This document shows positions 62,275-64,000 of a DNA stretch of 64,000 nucleotides, one piece after another. The notes below the pieces were generated by a model. That model searched no databases, was not told where the DNA came from, and was given only the letters and a program-made list of their open reading frames with translations. The position numbers and the translations under genes are program-made. Source of the stretch: Podarcis melisellensis (taxonomy: Eukaryota); assembly GCA_964234715.1 (NCBI GenBank), contig OZ174289.1; one strand, 5' to 3'. Positions within the stretch are counted from its first letter, which is position 1. The number at the start of each line of letters is the position of its first letter.

Positions 62275-63314
62275 GTTTTAAAAATGTAATACTGTTTATT
62301 TTTGCTTCAAAAACATTTCAGCATTCTAAACATACAAAAAAAACCAACATAACGTTTTTGCAAATTTGTTTCTCTTTTTAAGTACAGAGTGTTTTTGAAC
62401 TTGTTTTCTGCGCCCTCTCTTCACGTTTTAAGCTGACAACGAAGAGACCTACAGTTTCCGTTTCAAAACTACCCCGCTTAACTAAAAAAAGGGAAAGAAA
62501 AAAAAGATTCCATACATTTTCTCATGCCAGCTGAAGTCCCCCCCCCTCCCCTCCCACAACTAAGAATGGCCGCAGAATGCTAGTTTCACTATATACAGAA
62601 AGACAACTTTAAGCTAAATGGACGCCCACTGTAGTGTAAATAGATCTAATTTCGTAGAGCGTGCTTTGAGACACGACCCCTCCGTGGAAGAACATTACAA
62701 CCTTCAGTTAGTCATATGCCTTCCCACCCTGAGGGCATCACTGCTCAAAGCATGAACCACAAGAATCTGTCTAGTTTTTACAAACTATAGATATGTACAG
62801 TTTTATAACCCAGGATTTTCTAGCCAATAACCATATAGTTAAAACACCACCTTACAAATTAAAAAATAAGATGCTTGAGAAACATTTTTAAATGCTTTGT
62901 TACACCAACAGGAAAGTGCACAGAGTTGAGGAGAACACAAGAGCGCCTTGCTCCCACCTTTTTTTTGTTTCGTTTTTGTTTCAAAAATGTTTGGAAATAT
63001 GTACAACTTTGTTACAGTTTCAGGGTGCCTAAGGGCGCCCGTGGCCACTTAACGTAAACCGTGGTTTGGTTGCTTTTTAGCTTTTTTTCCTTCTTTCTTT
63101 TCCCCCCTTAGAGCACGTTTTATTCGAAATTCCCTTCCCCAAAGGAGCTACGTACGGCGTGGTCAGAATCCAAATTGTGTCATTTAAGCCTAATAAAAAG
63201 GGCAAATGAAGACACCGTCTTAAGCAACAGGTGCCTTGTTTTGTTTTCTCTTTTTCCAAATGGTGTTTCCCCTACTCTATGGTATTCACATGGAGACAAA
63301 TATTATACAGTTTC
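62275..63314 (-). other. HMGB3: HMGB3 3' UTR (proximal isoform)
   Basis: Repeat-free, AU-rich sequence after the stop. It begins GAAACTGT...GTCTCC.TGTGAATAC..TAGAGTAGGGGA and ends GTTTAGAATGCTGAAATGTTTTTGAAG..AAATAAACAGTATTACATTTTT; I recognise both blocks as resembling mammalian HMGB3 UTRs. Confidence 0.8.
62295..62300 (-). terminator. AATAAA polyadenylation signal of HMGB3 (proximal)
   Basis: TTTATT on + strand, i.e. AATAAA on the gene strand, about 1 kb after the stop and within a conserved-looking block. Confidence 0.75.
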
Positions 63315-63467
63315 TCATTCATCGTCCTCCTCCTCCTCATCTTCCTCCTCGTCGTCTTCTTCATCGTCCTCCTCCTCTTCTACCTTTTTCCGAGCTGCAG
63401 CAGCAGCTTTAGCCGCGGCACTCTTTGCACCATCAAACTTGCCTTTAGACTTGTAGTCAGCCACATC
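63315..63467 (-). CDS. HMGB3: High mobility group box 3, last coding exon (end of box B, basic linker, acidic tail)
   Basis: Pyrimidine tract plus CAG acceptor at 63468-63470, then DVADYKSKGKFDGAKSAAAKAAAAARKKVEEEEDDEEDDEEEDEEEEDDE-TGA. DVADYKSKGKFDGAK is HMGB3-diagnostic. Upstream exons lie beyond the right edge. Confidence 0.96.
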   Translation of the reverse strand, partial: DVADYKSKGKFDGAKSAAAKAAAAARKKVEEEEDDEEDDEEEDEEEEDDE

Positions 63468-64000
63468 CTGCAACAGCAAGAGGGTGAGTTTCACTGGCAT
63501 TGGCATAATCAGCAGGTGTGTCCCCCACCCCAACCCCCTTTAAGTGGGACAGTGACTCAGAATAATAGCCTCTCTCACATGGAAGAAGGTAAGAGCGCTA
63601 TTGAACAAGTCACCCATGGGACACCTTGCGAGAGGTGGGGAGATGCCCAAGGTGGGTCTGGATCTTTTTAAGAAAAACAACAACAACACACACACAACAA
63701 AACCGTCAGTACGGAGGATTGACTTTGTAACATTGCAACTTCTTTAGCTGTAAGCTGGTGGTGGCCCTTAGCGGCTATAAACACTTGCGTTTAGAAACAA
63801 TGGCTTGCCTACAGAGAACAGTGGGTGGGTTGCCACTTGAACAAGGGGCCCCAAGCCTCTTGCACCCCCCATAAGATGCCACTCCACCTGGAGATGTGTG
63901 CATAGCATGAAGAAGACTGCCTCCCATTCACCCAAGGAGCTCTAGGCATCTAGCTAGCAACGTCACACTCTGCGCTTTTTAGAAGTCAAGATTCGGTGTC

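Noticed and set aside
63468-63533. N-terminal part of ORF 63315..63533 (MGWGTHLL...)
   Set aside because: Intronic read-through upstream of the CAG acceptor. The presence of this intron also argues against a processed pseudogene.

Overview
Vertebrate genomic DNA, almost certainly from a squamate. Eight Sauria SINEs, BovB, CR1, L2, L1 and Penelope fragments point that way, and a lacertid-type lizard is an inference from the SINE sequences. Only two protein-coding pieces are supportable, both on the minus strand. One is the last coding exon plus 3' UTR of HMGB3 (63315-63467, UTR to about 62280). The other, about 49 kb downstream, is coding exon 1 of the melatonin receptor Mel1c/MTNR1C, the orthologue of mammalian GPR50 (12741-12897), which sits in a CpG island and whose first intron runs off the left edge. 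The rest is repeat-rich intergenic or intronic DNA. The most unusual structure is a ~540-bp nested palindrome at 41753-42290, embedded in (TA)n tracts. Its perfect 119-bp arms carry a minimal hammerhead-ribozyme motif on each strand, of the Penelope pLTR type. Other notable structures: a TSD-bounded, 5'-inverted (twin-priming-like) L1 with a nested insertion; a Penelope 3' fragment with its own hammerhead; a CR1 with a nucleotide-precise internal inversion; a solo LTR; a hAT transposase fossil; and several TIR/TSD-defined MITEs. Repeat family names come from recognition, not database searches.
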